64,000 bases of DNA. Source: an uncultured virus (IMG/VR IMGVR_UViG_3300027754_000077). Its lineage: Duplodnaviria; Heunggongvirae; Uroviricota; Caudoviricetes. The stretch lies in the IMG/VR virus record IMGVR_UViG_3300027754_000077. The stretch is one strand, 5' to 3'. Below are positions 51,912-59,797 of this stretch, piece by piece (position 1 is the first letter of the stretch; every line of letters begins with the position of its first letter). The notes below the pieces were generated by a model. That model worked only from the letters and a program-made list of their open reading frames with translations, did no database searches and was not told the DNA's origin. The position numbers were made by a program, and so were the translations under genes.

Positions 51912-52945
51912 TATACCGCATTTACATTTACATTGTTTGGACCAAATTGATCAACACTTATAATTTCTTTTGCCTTCATTGTGAACTCAGCAGAGTGTAA
52001 AAAGGCTGCATTCATACCATCATTTGAAGGTTTTACGTCGCTTACTTGAATGTCTTGTAAGTATCTCATTAAATCTGCTTTGTTATTTGCAACAGAGTTT
52101 AAGTTTGTATTCCATTTAGACACAGAAGTGATAGATGCTGATTTATCACCTGCAAGCCAATCTGACATAAAAGCCTGCACTGCCTGATATGCAACTCCAG
52201 CCCAATCATAATAAGGGGGTGTGCTTGTAGTGTGAGTTTCTTGCCAATATGAATTTATGCCTGTTAATACATTACTAACATAGCTATTCAAAACCGAAGT
52301 AGAGGCACCAACATGTCCAGATCCCCCAGATATAGTTAAGGTCCCTGATGAATATCCATTACTAAAAGTAGTTGCTGAAACTCCAAGTCCAGATGATAGT
52401 ATTTCTGAAACATTTACCCTTCCTGAAATACCTTGTGATAATCTTATGTATGCGTTAGGGTTAGTGAAAGGAGCCGAGCCATTTACTGAAAAAATAAATC
52501 CTGTGGTAAAACTCGCTGGCAAAGAAGCTGAAGAAATAGCCACCCCAGTTACAACACCAGTATCAATATAATGTATGGGGCTTAAGGGCAACTTACCGCA
52601 AAAAGGGCATAGATCACAAATCCACATACTTCTATGATTTTTCAAAATACTATGCGCAACACGCGCTGCTTCTAAAACCACTCTTTCAGAAGTTTCTTTA
52701 TCATCATTTGAGGAATAAAAAGTGATTCCTATTGAATAGTCGATTTCTCGCAAACCAAAACCAATATCTTTGATATTGCTGGATGTATTTCTTAAAACTA
52801 CTCCGAGTGGTGAAGGCAAAATCTGCCTATCACCAAAGAACCATTCTTGGATTACTCTATCATAAATTTCTGGATAACCTTGATAATTTTTAGGAAAGTC
52901 TGTATATAAAATTGCCTTCAAAGTATCGTAAATTTTTTCTACCAT
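51911..52945 (-). CDS. Putative tail completion/neck protein
   Basis: Follows the head-tail adaptor; split domain with CDLCPFC and Ser/Gly-rich insert. Confidence 0.45.
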   Translation of the reverse strand: MVEKIYDTLKAILYTDFPKNYQGYPEIYDRVIQEWFFGDRQILPSPLGVVLRNTSSNIKDIGFGLREIDYSIGITFYSSNDDKETSERVVLEAARVAHSILKNHRSMWICDLCPFCGKLPLSPIHYIDTGVVTGVAISSASLPASFTTGFIFSVNGSAPFTNPNAYIRLSQGISGRVNVSEILSSGLGVSATTFSNGYSSGTLTISGGSGHVGASTSVLNSYVSNVLTGINSYWQETHTTSTPPYYDWAGVAYQAVQAFMSDWLAGDKSASITSVSKWNTNLNSVANNKADLMRYLQDIQVSDVKPSNDGMNAAFLHSAEFTMKAKEIISVDQFGPNNVNVNAV

Positions 52946-52951
52946 TTATTT

Positions 52952-53440
52952 TTAACCACCCTTACTTCTACCGCCTTCAGCAGGATTTCTTGGTACACCT
53001 TGTAGTGGAGATCTTACAAATCTACTGCCCCTAGTGTTTCTATTGCCGTAAATTCTTAGCTCCCCATTTTGTAGTTTATAAAGTTGATCGTAAGCCCATT
53101 TCACTCTATCTTTTATAGCTTCAGACATCTGCCGATCGGCGCCTTGTAGCTTTTGCTCAAAAATTCTAGCGGCAGATAGAATAGCAACAATTTCTAAAAT
53201 TGGTTTTGGATAGTTAATTTCACCATCGAAATTTACTTTTTTGAGTGGAACATCATATTGTGTTGCTAATGCGCCATCTACTTCATCAGAAGCTTGTTCA
53301 ATAAAATAATCCAAATCAATATTAAAAACAGACTCAGGGGTTGGGTTTCTGTAGCTTGGTGATGGATTGTCGCCTTCAACAACAATATTTGGTGGCAAAT
53401 ATTTTTTAACATCTTCTTTTGAACAATATAATCTAGCCAT
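52952..53440 (-). CDS. Head-tail adaptor (Mu gp36/DUF1320-like)
   Basis: YCSKEDV...IEQASDEVDGALATQYDVPL...A..QL..LQNGE pattern. Confidence 0.7.
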   Translation of the reverse strand: MARLYCSKEDVKKYLPPNIVVEGDNPSPSYRNPTPESVFNIDLDYFIEQASDEVDGALATQYDVPLKKVNFDGEINYPKPILEIVAILSAARIFEQKLQGADRQMSEAIKDRVKWAYDQLYKLQNGELRIYGNRNTRGSRFVRSPLQGVPRNPAEGGRSKGG

Positions 53441-54104
53441 TTTTTCCCTCTATTTTTTCTAAATATTTAGGCACATAATCTGAACCTTCTTCCTCGCCAA
53501 TTAAACCAAAATTAACTAATTTATTTCTTGAAATTTCTGTATACACTGGTATATCTTCAAGCTCTGAACCAGAACGAGCTGCTGAAGAAATGACCCTCGG
53601 ATAATCCACGTCTAAATCCTTATATGCCTTAGAATGTGCATTATAAATCTCTATAAAATCTGGTTCATAAGGCGTGGATTGCCATCCAGCCACTGACCTT
53701 GCTTGACTTTTAGAAAGATCATAAAGCATAACTTTTCCATTTTGTTTTTTGCACAATTGTATAGCTTGTTGAATATTCAATCCAGGTTTTATGTTCTGTT
53801 GAATATTATAAAAAACTGCTTTTACACCATCTGAGCTCAGATAATCTTGACCAGGAATTACTTTTAAATCAATAGCGGTAGACTCCGCTTGTTTTTTTGC
53901 TATGTAACCAGTTTGAACACCAAACCTTGACACAATCCCAATTATATCCAAACCTTTGACAATTGCAGAAGATAGAATAGATTTAATTTTAGATTGAATT
54001 TCAGATTGATTTGCGGGCTCAAGCTCATCACCAAGATAAACACGTAAATCCATTCTTAGATTGTGTTTTCTTAATGCTGTTTTTAAAAATCCTGAATACC
54101 ACAC
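53433..54104 (-). CDS. PHP-fold-like protein with degenerate metal ligands and MWY N-terminus
   Basis: RMDLRVY, AIVKGLDIIGIV, VIPGQD, DFIEIYNA and SSAAR align with PHP motifs but lack the His/Glu/Asp ligands. Confidence 0.55.
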   Translation of the reverse strand: MWYSGFLKTALRKHNLRMDLRVYLGDELEPANQSEIQSKIKSILSSAIVKGLDIIGIVSRFGVQTGYIAKKQAESTAIDLKVIPGQDYLSSDGVKAVFYNIQQNIKPGLNIQQAIQLCKKQNGKVMLYDLSKSQARSVAGWQSTPYEPDFIEIYNAHSKAYKDLDVDYPRVISSAARSGSELEDIPVYTEISRNKLVNFGLIGEEEGSDYVPKYLEKIEGKNG

Positions 54105-54138
54105 ATAAATTATTTAAAGAAAAAAAGCTTCAAAGCCT

Positions 54139-54750
54139 TTAATTTCTTTTATTTCCGCATCCACCACAAAAGTTATCTGTTTCTAAATATTGTGAACCAC
54201 AATTTCTGCAAAATAAGTCTTTAATAGATTTAGTGCTTGTTTCTATAATTTTTCTTTCACTCACTGGAGCATCAGGAATGAAAACATTTTGTGAAATTGC
54301 TTTTCCATTAAAAGTTTCTGGTTCAATTACGTTTTGAGGTAAAATTTGCCCGTTTTTATCCACTCTTAAAGCTAAATCAACTTTAGCTGGTCTATAACCT
54401 AAATGTTGATTAAGATTTTTTATCACTTCCTCTTCTGTAAGATCGTCCAAACTCGTGTTCCAAGTATCTTGTTCTATTTCTTCTTCATGACTGTCAATAA
54501 TATTTTCTGAATCTTGCTTCTCATTTTCAGAATTTTGTGATAAATTCATGGCTTCACCAAGTTTATCCAAACTTTTTTTGAGTTGTTCTGAAGAATTATA
54601 AAACACTGCACCAAGACCGAGAATTGATCCATCAATACTTCCAGTGGGATCTGTTGCTTTTTTTGATGTGCCAGTTATTCCTGTGGCACCTTTCTGAAAA
54701 TTTGTGATTTTATCTTTTGCAAAAGATATTCGAGATGATTTATTTTCCAT
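54139..54750 (-). CDS. Protein with C-terminal zinc ribbon
   Basis: FCRNCG...NFCGGCG. Confidence 0.65.
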   Translation of the reverse strand: MENKSSRISFAKDKITNFQKGATGITGTSKKATDPTGSIDGSILGLGAVFYNSSEQLKKSLDKLGEAMNLSQNSENEKQDSENIIDSHEEEIEQDTWNTSLDDLTEEEVIKNLNQHLGYRPAKVDLALRVDKNGQILPQNVIEPETFNGKAISQNVFIPDAPVSERKIIETSTKSIKDLFCRNCGSQYLETDNFCGGCGNKRN

Positions 54751-54753
54751 ACA

Positions 54754-55086
54754 TTAAAATTGTGTAAACTGGTAACCCTTGATTTCTAAGTCTTTTTCTG
54801 TTGCGTCCATTTGTTTTAATACAGGCAAAAGTTTATTCATAATTTCTAATTCCCCCCAAGAAGGTGGCACATCAACTGTGAATGTTATTTTATGTGTTTT
54901 TTTCTGCTCAGATTGTGTTGAAGGGTTTGCGAAATTTTTAATGTTTGGATTTAATCCAAGATTTTCTGTTGAGTTGTTTGCGATAGATTGTGATAAATCT
55001 TGTGCAATTTTATTTAATTCACTCGATAAATCAGGTCGAGAGTGTTGAATAAGTGAAGCAGCTTTAAATAATTTTGAAAAAACCAT
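54754..55086 (-). CDS. Hypothetical protein
   Basis: First ORF of the minus-strand operon; LNKIAQ motif. Confidence 0.55.
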   Translation of the reverse strand: MVFSKLFKAASLIQHSRPDLSSELNKIAQDLSQSIANNSTENLGLNPNIKNFANPSTQSEQKKTHKITFTVDVPPSWGELEIMNKLLPVLKQMDATEKDLEIKGYQFTQF

Positions 55087-55308
55087 ATTTATATTTTACA
55101 AGAAAGAAAAAAAAATCCTTAAAAAAAATGACCTTCACTAATTAGGAAAAGAATATATTAATTAATCTTAATTAATCTAAATTAGAACTAAGGAAAAAAA
55201 AATATGTATAATAAAATAGAGAATGCCGTCAGTGTAAGGAAAAGGGCGTAAATATTCTCACACAATCTTAATTGAAGGTTAAAAACAATTTTTAAACAAA
55301 AATAAAAT

Positions 55309-55509
55309 ATGATTAGAGCTTACAACAAAATATTGAATATTGTAAATGACAATTTTAATATTGCTCTATCTGAAGATCATGGAGATTGTGATGATAGGAT
55401 TTCAAAAAATCTTATTGAAGAAGCAAAAATACATTGTATCGTTGATGTTTTAATTGAACATGGTTATGTTGATTCAAATCATAGAATTTTTCCAGATTTT
55501 ACTTCGTAA
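55309..55509 (+). CDS. Small hypothetical protein
   Basis: 66-aa ORF preceded by the AGGT-N17-CAAAA-N7 motif. Confidence 0.45.
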   Translation: MIRAYNKILNIVNDNFNIALSEDHGDCDDRISKNLIEEAKIHCIVDVLIEHGYVDSNHRIFPDFTS

Positions 55510-55518
55510 AGGATAAAA

Positions 55519-55935
55519 ATGAAAATAACTAAAACAATATTGAATTTAACTGCTTTTTTTGCTGTTTTTTCTTCTTCTTATTCACAAGCTACTTTTGGCA
55601 GACCACATATAAACTCTGTTATCGGACGAGTGAATGTTTTACCAAATGTAAGAGTGATTGATTTTGGAAGGTTGATATACCAAGGTAGAATGGATGTCAA
55701 TCCTACGGTAGAAAGAATTAGATTGGGTAAAAAATTAAACCACAATAATGATGGTACATTTTTTTCTAATTCCCTACGTAAACTTCCAGTAAGCACAGAT
55801 GTTCAATATTATAGAGAATTTGTCCATCAAATGAACGGTTTTCCTTTCCCAGGCTCACAAAGAGTGGTAATTGGAAAAAAAGGTGAAGTTTTTTATACAG
55901 GTGATCATTATTCAACTTTTTTTAGAGTAAGGTAA
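55519..55935 (+). CDS. Secreted guanyl-specific ribonuclease (T1/Sa/barnase superfamily)
   Basis: Signal peptide; DGTFFSN...LP, YYREF, GSQRVVIG, FYTGDHYSTF with the catalytic Glu/Arg/His. Confidence 0.85.
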   Translation: MKITKTILNLTAFFAVFSSSYSQATFGRPHINSVIGRVNVLPNVRVIDFGRLIYQGRMDVNPTVERIRLGKKLNHNNDGTFFSNSLRKLPVSTDVQYYREFVHQMNGFPFPGSQRVVIGKKGEVFYTGDHYSTFFRVR

Positions 55936-55954
55936 AATTGTGTATAAATAGTAC

Positions 55955-56962
55955 ATGAGTGAAATTGCATCTGAGAATAAATTAGTTGAAAAAACACAGT
56001 CTGAAAAAGCTATTTCAAAAAAAAATGAAGTGGATGATGAGCCAGAAAAAAGAATTATTTACTTAGCATCTGAATTACCTGGGGTCCCAGAAGTAATAGA
56101 TCTTATTAATTACGATACATCCCCACCTTACATTTCTATTTTTGAGGATAAAGAAGGATTTTTGGAAGCTGATGCTAGTCTTATTTATCAGGATGAGCGC
56201 AAAACACAACGCTTGCGTCCATTATCAGGCTCAAGCTTAGATTCGAAAATACCTAAGGAAAAGGATAAAACAACATTTCGAGAAAGATTATTACATAAAA
56301 AAAGTTCATTTCTGTCTAGAGCAATTTTTTTGATTAATCTTTTCTTTTTGAAAGAAAAATACTCAAATTTTTTCACGAATTTTAATTGGGGAATAGCCCC
56401 ACAGCTAATGCCAGAAGATGTTTTTCAAGCAAAAGTTTTGAACTTGACTAAGTTTAATCGCAATAAATTGATGAAAAAGCATGGCATCAGTGAAGCAGAA
56501 CTCAATTTTATTGCTTTTGCTAGGTTTCGTTATCCGTTTATAACAAGAGGTGAAGAAGAGTGGACAGAAATTGAAAAAAACGCCTTAGCATTCATTAAAA
56601 GAGGCTGGATATCAGAAGACATTAGGGGTAATTTCAAAATAAATGTTGGAAATGTTTACGAATTCAGAGATAGCATTATTTTTTCTGAGCAATTTAAAGA
56701 CATTATTTTCAAAAAAGTTTTTAAATCAAAGACTTTGCATAAGATTTTGAGGAAGATTGAAAGAAGTGCGAAAACTCAAGTTCACATTTATAATATCTCT
56801 CAAATTAGCAAACTTCCTTTCACACAATTCGGGAATAGCAATAGCTCTACACATTCTATTGTTGGTAAAAATGACTTAGAGGTGAGCAATTCAATCAAAA
56901 AAGAACCTATTTGTTTCACGAAAGATAGAATTTTAAAAGTAAAAAAAACTGAAACTTTTTAA
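55955..56962 (+). CDS. Hypothetical basic protein
   Basis: 335-aa ORF, no recognised motif. Confidence 0.55.
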   Translation: MSEIASENKLVEKTQSEKAISKKNEVDDEPEKRIIYLASELPGVPEVIDLINYDTSPPYISIFEDKEGFLEADASLIYQDERKTQRLRPLSGSSLDSKIPKEKDKTTFRERLLHKKSSFLSRAIFLINLFFLKEKYSNFFTNFNWGIAPQLMPEDVFQAKVLNLTKFNRNKLMKKHGISEAELNFIAFARFRYPFITRGEEEWTEIEKNALAFIKRGWISEDIRGNFKINVGNVYEFRDSIIFSEQFKDIIFKKVFKSKTLHKILRKIERSAKTQVHIYNISQISKLPFTQFGNSNSSTHSIVGKNDLEVSNSIKKEPICFTKDRILKVKKTETF

Positions 56963-57009
56963 AAGGTAATTACGTCTTATAATCATAATATTTAAAAAAG
57001 GAAACTAAA

Positions 57010-57063
57010 ATGACAAATTCGCTACGACATCTCTATCCAGCCTACGCACCCTCATCGGGGTAG
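57010..57063 (+). CDS. Putative attenuator leader peptide 1 (MTNSLRHLYPAYAPSSG)
   Basis: AAGGA RBS; 17 codons; upstream of a terminator and tRNA array 1; codons match the array tRNAs. Confidence 0.8.
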   Translation: MTNSLRHLYPAYAPSSG

Positions 57064-57090
57064 TGGCTAGTCGCGTATTTGACAAGCTAC

Positions 57091-57127
57091 AAACCCCCGA
57101 AGGACAAAAACTTTCGGGGGTTTTTTT
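57091..57127 (+). terminator. Attenuator terminator upstream of tRNA array 1
   Basis: AAACCCCCGAAGG-ACAAAAA-CTTTCGGGGG-T7. Confidence 0.9.
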
Positions 57128-57132
57128 ATTAT

Positions 57133-57145
57133 GAACATTGACAAT
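57133..57145 (+). promoter_or_regulatory. boxA-like element
   Basis: GAACATTGACAAT; a counterpart occupies the equivalent position in leader 2. Confidence 0.45.
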
Positions 57146-57243
57146 TAAATATCGTGGTGGTACCAAGGTTGAATTAAACTCTCTCTAAGTGGTGACCCGT
57201 AAGTGGATGACTAAGGACGCCCTTCATCCAGCCGAAAATTCAT

Positions 57244-57322
57244 CTACATGTTGAGGAGTTTGGCTTACCTCGCAATCCTTGGGAGATTGAGTACGCTGGT
57301 TCAAATCCAGCCATGTAGACCA
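57244..57322 (+). tRNA. tRNA-Pro(TGG)
   Basis: Acceptor CTACATG/CATGTAG, anticodon arm CAATC-CTTGGGA-GATTG, T arm, encoded CCA. Confidence 0.9.
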
Positions 57323-57327
57323 AGTTT

Positions 57328-57412
57328 GGGGATATCGCATAGCGGCAATTGCAGAAGACTGTAAATCTTCTATCGAAAGATTTCGTAGGTTCGAGTCCTA
57401 CTGTCCCCACCA
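57328..57412 (+). tRNA. tRNA-Tyr(GTA)
   Basis: GGGGATA/TGTCCCC, GAAGA-CTGTAAA-TCTTC, long variable arm, CCA. Confidence 0.92.
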
Positions 57413-57419
57413 AATTTTC

Positions 57420-57498
57420 GTGAAATGGGACTGCTGGGGGTGGTCGCCAAGCTTGCACCTTGGATATCAGGTGGGTTCGAATCCCACATTTTACACCA
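57420..57498 (+). tRNA. tRNA-Ala(TGC)
   Basis: GTGAAAT/ATTTTAC with G3:U70, CCAAG-CTTGCAC-CTTGG, CCA. Confidence 0.88.
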
Positions 57499-57502
57499 TA
57501 AT

Positions 57503-57585
57503 ACCGAAGTGGCGTAATGTAGCCGCGATAGTCTTAGAAACTATTGTCTTTTGACGTGTGGGTTCAAATCCCACCTTCGGTACCA
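57503..57585 (+). tRNA. tRNA-Leu(TAG)
   Basis: ACCGAAG/CTTCGGT, ATAGT-CTTAGAA-ACTAT, long variable arm, CCA. Confidence 0.92.
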
Positions 57586-57588
57586 CAT

Positions 57589-57665
57589 AAGTGAGTAGCT
57601 TAAATGGTAGAGCTCTTTGGTTGTGACCCAGAGGCGCGTGGGTTCAAATCCCACCTCACTGACCA
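57589..57665 (+). tRNA. tRNA-His(GTG), atypical acceptor end
   Basis: TTTGG-TTGTGAC-CCAGA with good D and T arms; 1:72 mismatch and A73; the 3' end overlaps the stop of an antisense ORF. Confidence 0.7.
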
Positions 57666-57979
57666 TTTTTTAAATCATAAAATATTCTTGGAACATATTT
57701 AAAGTTCATGAAATTCATTTGTTGTGTATTTTTTTCTTCATTAAATAAAGGCTCTTCAATAACTGCTGGTGGTTCAGGTATAGGTGGCTTTATAAGCGCA
57801 GGCTCGTTAGCAGGCGAATTTTGTTTTTGGTTATATTCTCTTCCTAAAATTTTACAGGTTTCACAAGTGTTTCCAGTAAATTGCCAGATTGTGTTCCCCC
57901 CTGGCATTTGTTCAATGTAGCATTTGCAACCTTCATGTACCGGAGGTAGAATTTTTTTTTGAGAATATCTATACCACAC
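57656..57979 (-). CDS. MWY-leader protein with MuF/gp7-like PPxHxxCxC motif
   Basis: MWYRYSQ start; LPPVHEGCKCYI; CETC. Confidence 0.6.
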   Translation of the reverse strand: MWYRYSQKKILPPVHEGCKCYIEQMPGGNTIWQFTGNTCETCKILGREYNQKQNSPANEPALIKPPIPEPPAVIEEPLFNEEKNTQQMNFMNFKYVPRIFYDLKNGQ

Positions 57980-58014
57980 AATCTGAATTTACTAATTTTT
58001 TATTGGATATCCTG

Positions 58015-59727
58015 CTAAGTTGAGGGTCTATACCACGGGAATAAGGTCCCCAACTGTTTTTTAATCTTATCTGATATATTTGGATTAATTTCAAGACTAT
58101 AAGGATTTATGCGACCAAATTCTGCAAATTCTTTGATGAATCTTTCAGACAATTTTTGGTTACGTGAAATCACAGTCCAATCCACACGGTCTGCAAAATC
58201 TTTGATCAAATCCTCAGACAATTTTTGGTGCCATGAAATTTCCTTCCAATTCACACGGTCTGCAAATTCTATGATGAAATCCTCAGACAATTTTTGTTTA
58301 GCTGAAATACTCCACCAATCCACACGGTTTTTAAATTCTCTGATGAATTCTTCAGATAGTGGTTGTTTACGTGAAATTTCATTCCAATCCACGCGGTCTG
58401 CAAATGTTCTAATTACTTTTTCAGGTATTGGATAATTCTTCAAGACTTTATCCATGTCTAAACTGTCTTCGAAATCTAAAATAAAATCTCCAGATAGTGT
58501 TTGGTATTGTGAAATTATGTCCCAATCCAAACTGTCTGCAAATTCACGAATGAATTCTTCAGACAATAGTGGGCGGCTTGAAATCAAATCCCAAGCTACA
58601 CGATCTGCACTTAATCCCTTACTAAACAAGTATCTCAGCATTTCTTCTGGTGCGTTAACATAATAAAAATTATAATTATTTATACCTTTTTCATTTATGA
58701 TTTCATCAATTAATTCAAAATCTCCAGATCTCAAAGCATAGTCTTTTACACGCCAATCATCATTCCCAAGATGTTTTTTAATCTCTTCTATTGCAATGTT
58801 TCTTCTTCTGTTATAAGTGGCTCTGTATTGATTATTGCCAAAAAGCATAGCTTTTTGGCTTGGAGGGATACTAATTCCTGTATTAAGATATTGTTCAATC
58901 AAAAAATCAGCTGTATTATTTGATGTCACAGATTGTAAATTAATAATAGACTCTAATTGTTGATCAGTTAAAAGATGCCCCCTGCCTATATATTTAGATT
59001 TATATTCTGCTGGCAACTCTTCAAACCAATTTGGTGTAACATTTCTTTTTCCTAATAATTCATTTTCTTTTCTTTCTTCTTCTGTTACGGGTTTATTTAC
59101 AAATATTGATGTATCTACACCATTTTGTCTAAGATAATCAAAATAAGTTTCATAATCATTGCCAAACTCAGCTATTGTCCCAGTTTGATTATTTTTGTCA
59201 GTAAGTTTTACGATACCTTTTGCTTGCATATCAACCATCACTCTTGATAATGGATCTTCTGGTGGTCTTGTCCCATCACTTACATAGTAAAAAGTGGATT
59301 GGTAATTATCCCTGTAGGATTGAAACATTGTATTTCCAGGTTGTGATATACACCATGATGTTCCTGCACCATATCTAATTGTATCGTTAACACTATTACA
59401 AGCAAATACTTGTATCTCTCCAGGTGTAAAATTAATTTTTTCTTTAGTTAATTCTTTTTGTTCTTTTTTTTGTTTTAAAAAAATCAATTCAGTATAAAGA
59501 GCGTCCACTGCTTCGGTAAATTCAAGAAAATCTGTGTAAAATTTATTATCGAACATCACTCCATCTTTTCTTAATTCTATAATTGGAAGTTTATTTGCTT
59601 TATCAAGCTCATTTAGTCTCTCACTAAGTTGGGAAGTATTGTGCCCTTGATTACTGAAATAATCTGCAATCTTCCTTATTATATGTTCTTTGCCAGCTAT
59701 AATTATTTTTGCAAATCTATACCACAC
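58015..59727 (-). CDS. MWY-leader protein with YGAGTSWCI domain and C-terminal 22-aa Trp repeats (paralog A)
   Basis: Repeats of the form DWxxISxxQxLSEDFIxEFADRV; N-terminal half highly similar to 59798-61543. Confidence 0.8.
   Translation of the reverse strand: MWYRFAKIIIAGKEHIIRKIADYFSNQGHNTSQLSERLNELDKANKLPIIELRKDGVMFDNKFYTDFLEFTEAVDALYTELIFLKQKKEQKELTKEKINFTPGEIQVFACNSVNDTIRYGAGTSWCISQPGNTMFQSYRDNYQSTFYYVSDGTRPPEDPLSRVMVDMQAKGIVKLTDKNNQTGTIAEFGNDYETYFDYLRQNGVDTSIFVNKPVTEEERKENELLGKRNVTPNWFEELPAEYKSKYIGRGHLLTDQQLESIINLQSVTSNNTADFLIEQYLNTGISIPPSQKAMLFGNNQYRATYNRRRNIAIEEIKKHLGNDDWRVKDYALRSGDFELIDEIINEKGINNYNFYYVNAPEEMLRYLFSKGLSADRVAWDLISSRPLLSEEFIREFADSLDWDIISQYQTLSGDFILDFEDSLDMDKVLKNYPIPEKVIRTFADRVDWNEISRKQPLSEEFIREFKNRVDWWSISAKQKLSEDFIIEFADRVNWKEISWHQKLSEDLIKDFADRVDWTVISRNQKLSERFIKEFAEFGRINPYSLEINPNISDKIKKQLGTLFPWYRPST
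58110..58600 (-). repeat. Degenerate 66-bp tandem coding repeats
   Basis: Recurrent ccaatccacacggtctgcaaa..tttgatgaaatcctcagacaa units; boundaries approximate. Confidence 0.8.
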
Positions 59728-59797
59728 AATCTGAATTTCCTAAATTTGTATCGGATATCCTGCTGCTTTCAGATTGTGTTTGGTTTGGTCTGAGATG

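Noticed and set aside
57156..57164. GGTGGTACC resembling a T-box riboswitch core
   Set aside because: It lies downstream of the terminator, with no stem I/specifier region or following terminator that I can identify
57153..57240. Possible hammerhead or pistol ribozyme
   Set aside because: No CTGATGA core and no pistol pseudoknot partner found by eye; kept only as an unexplained element
57240..57458. 72-aa minus-strand ORF
   Set aside because: Antisense to tRNA-Pro, Tyr and Ala; the translation shows typical tRNA-antisense text (GLEPT, GFEPA)
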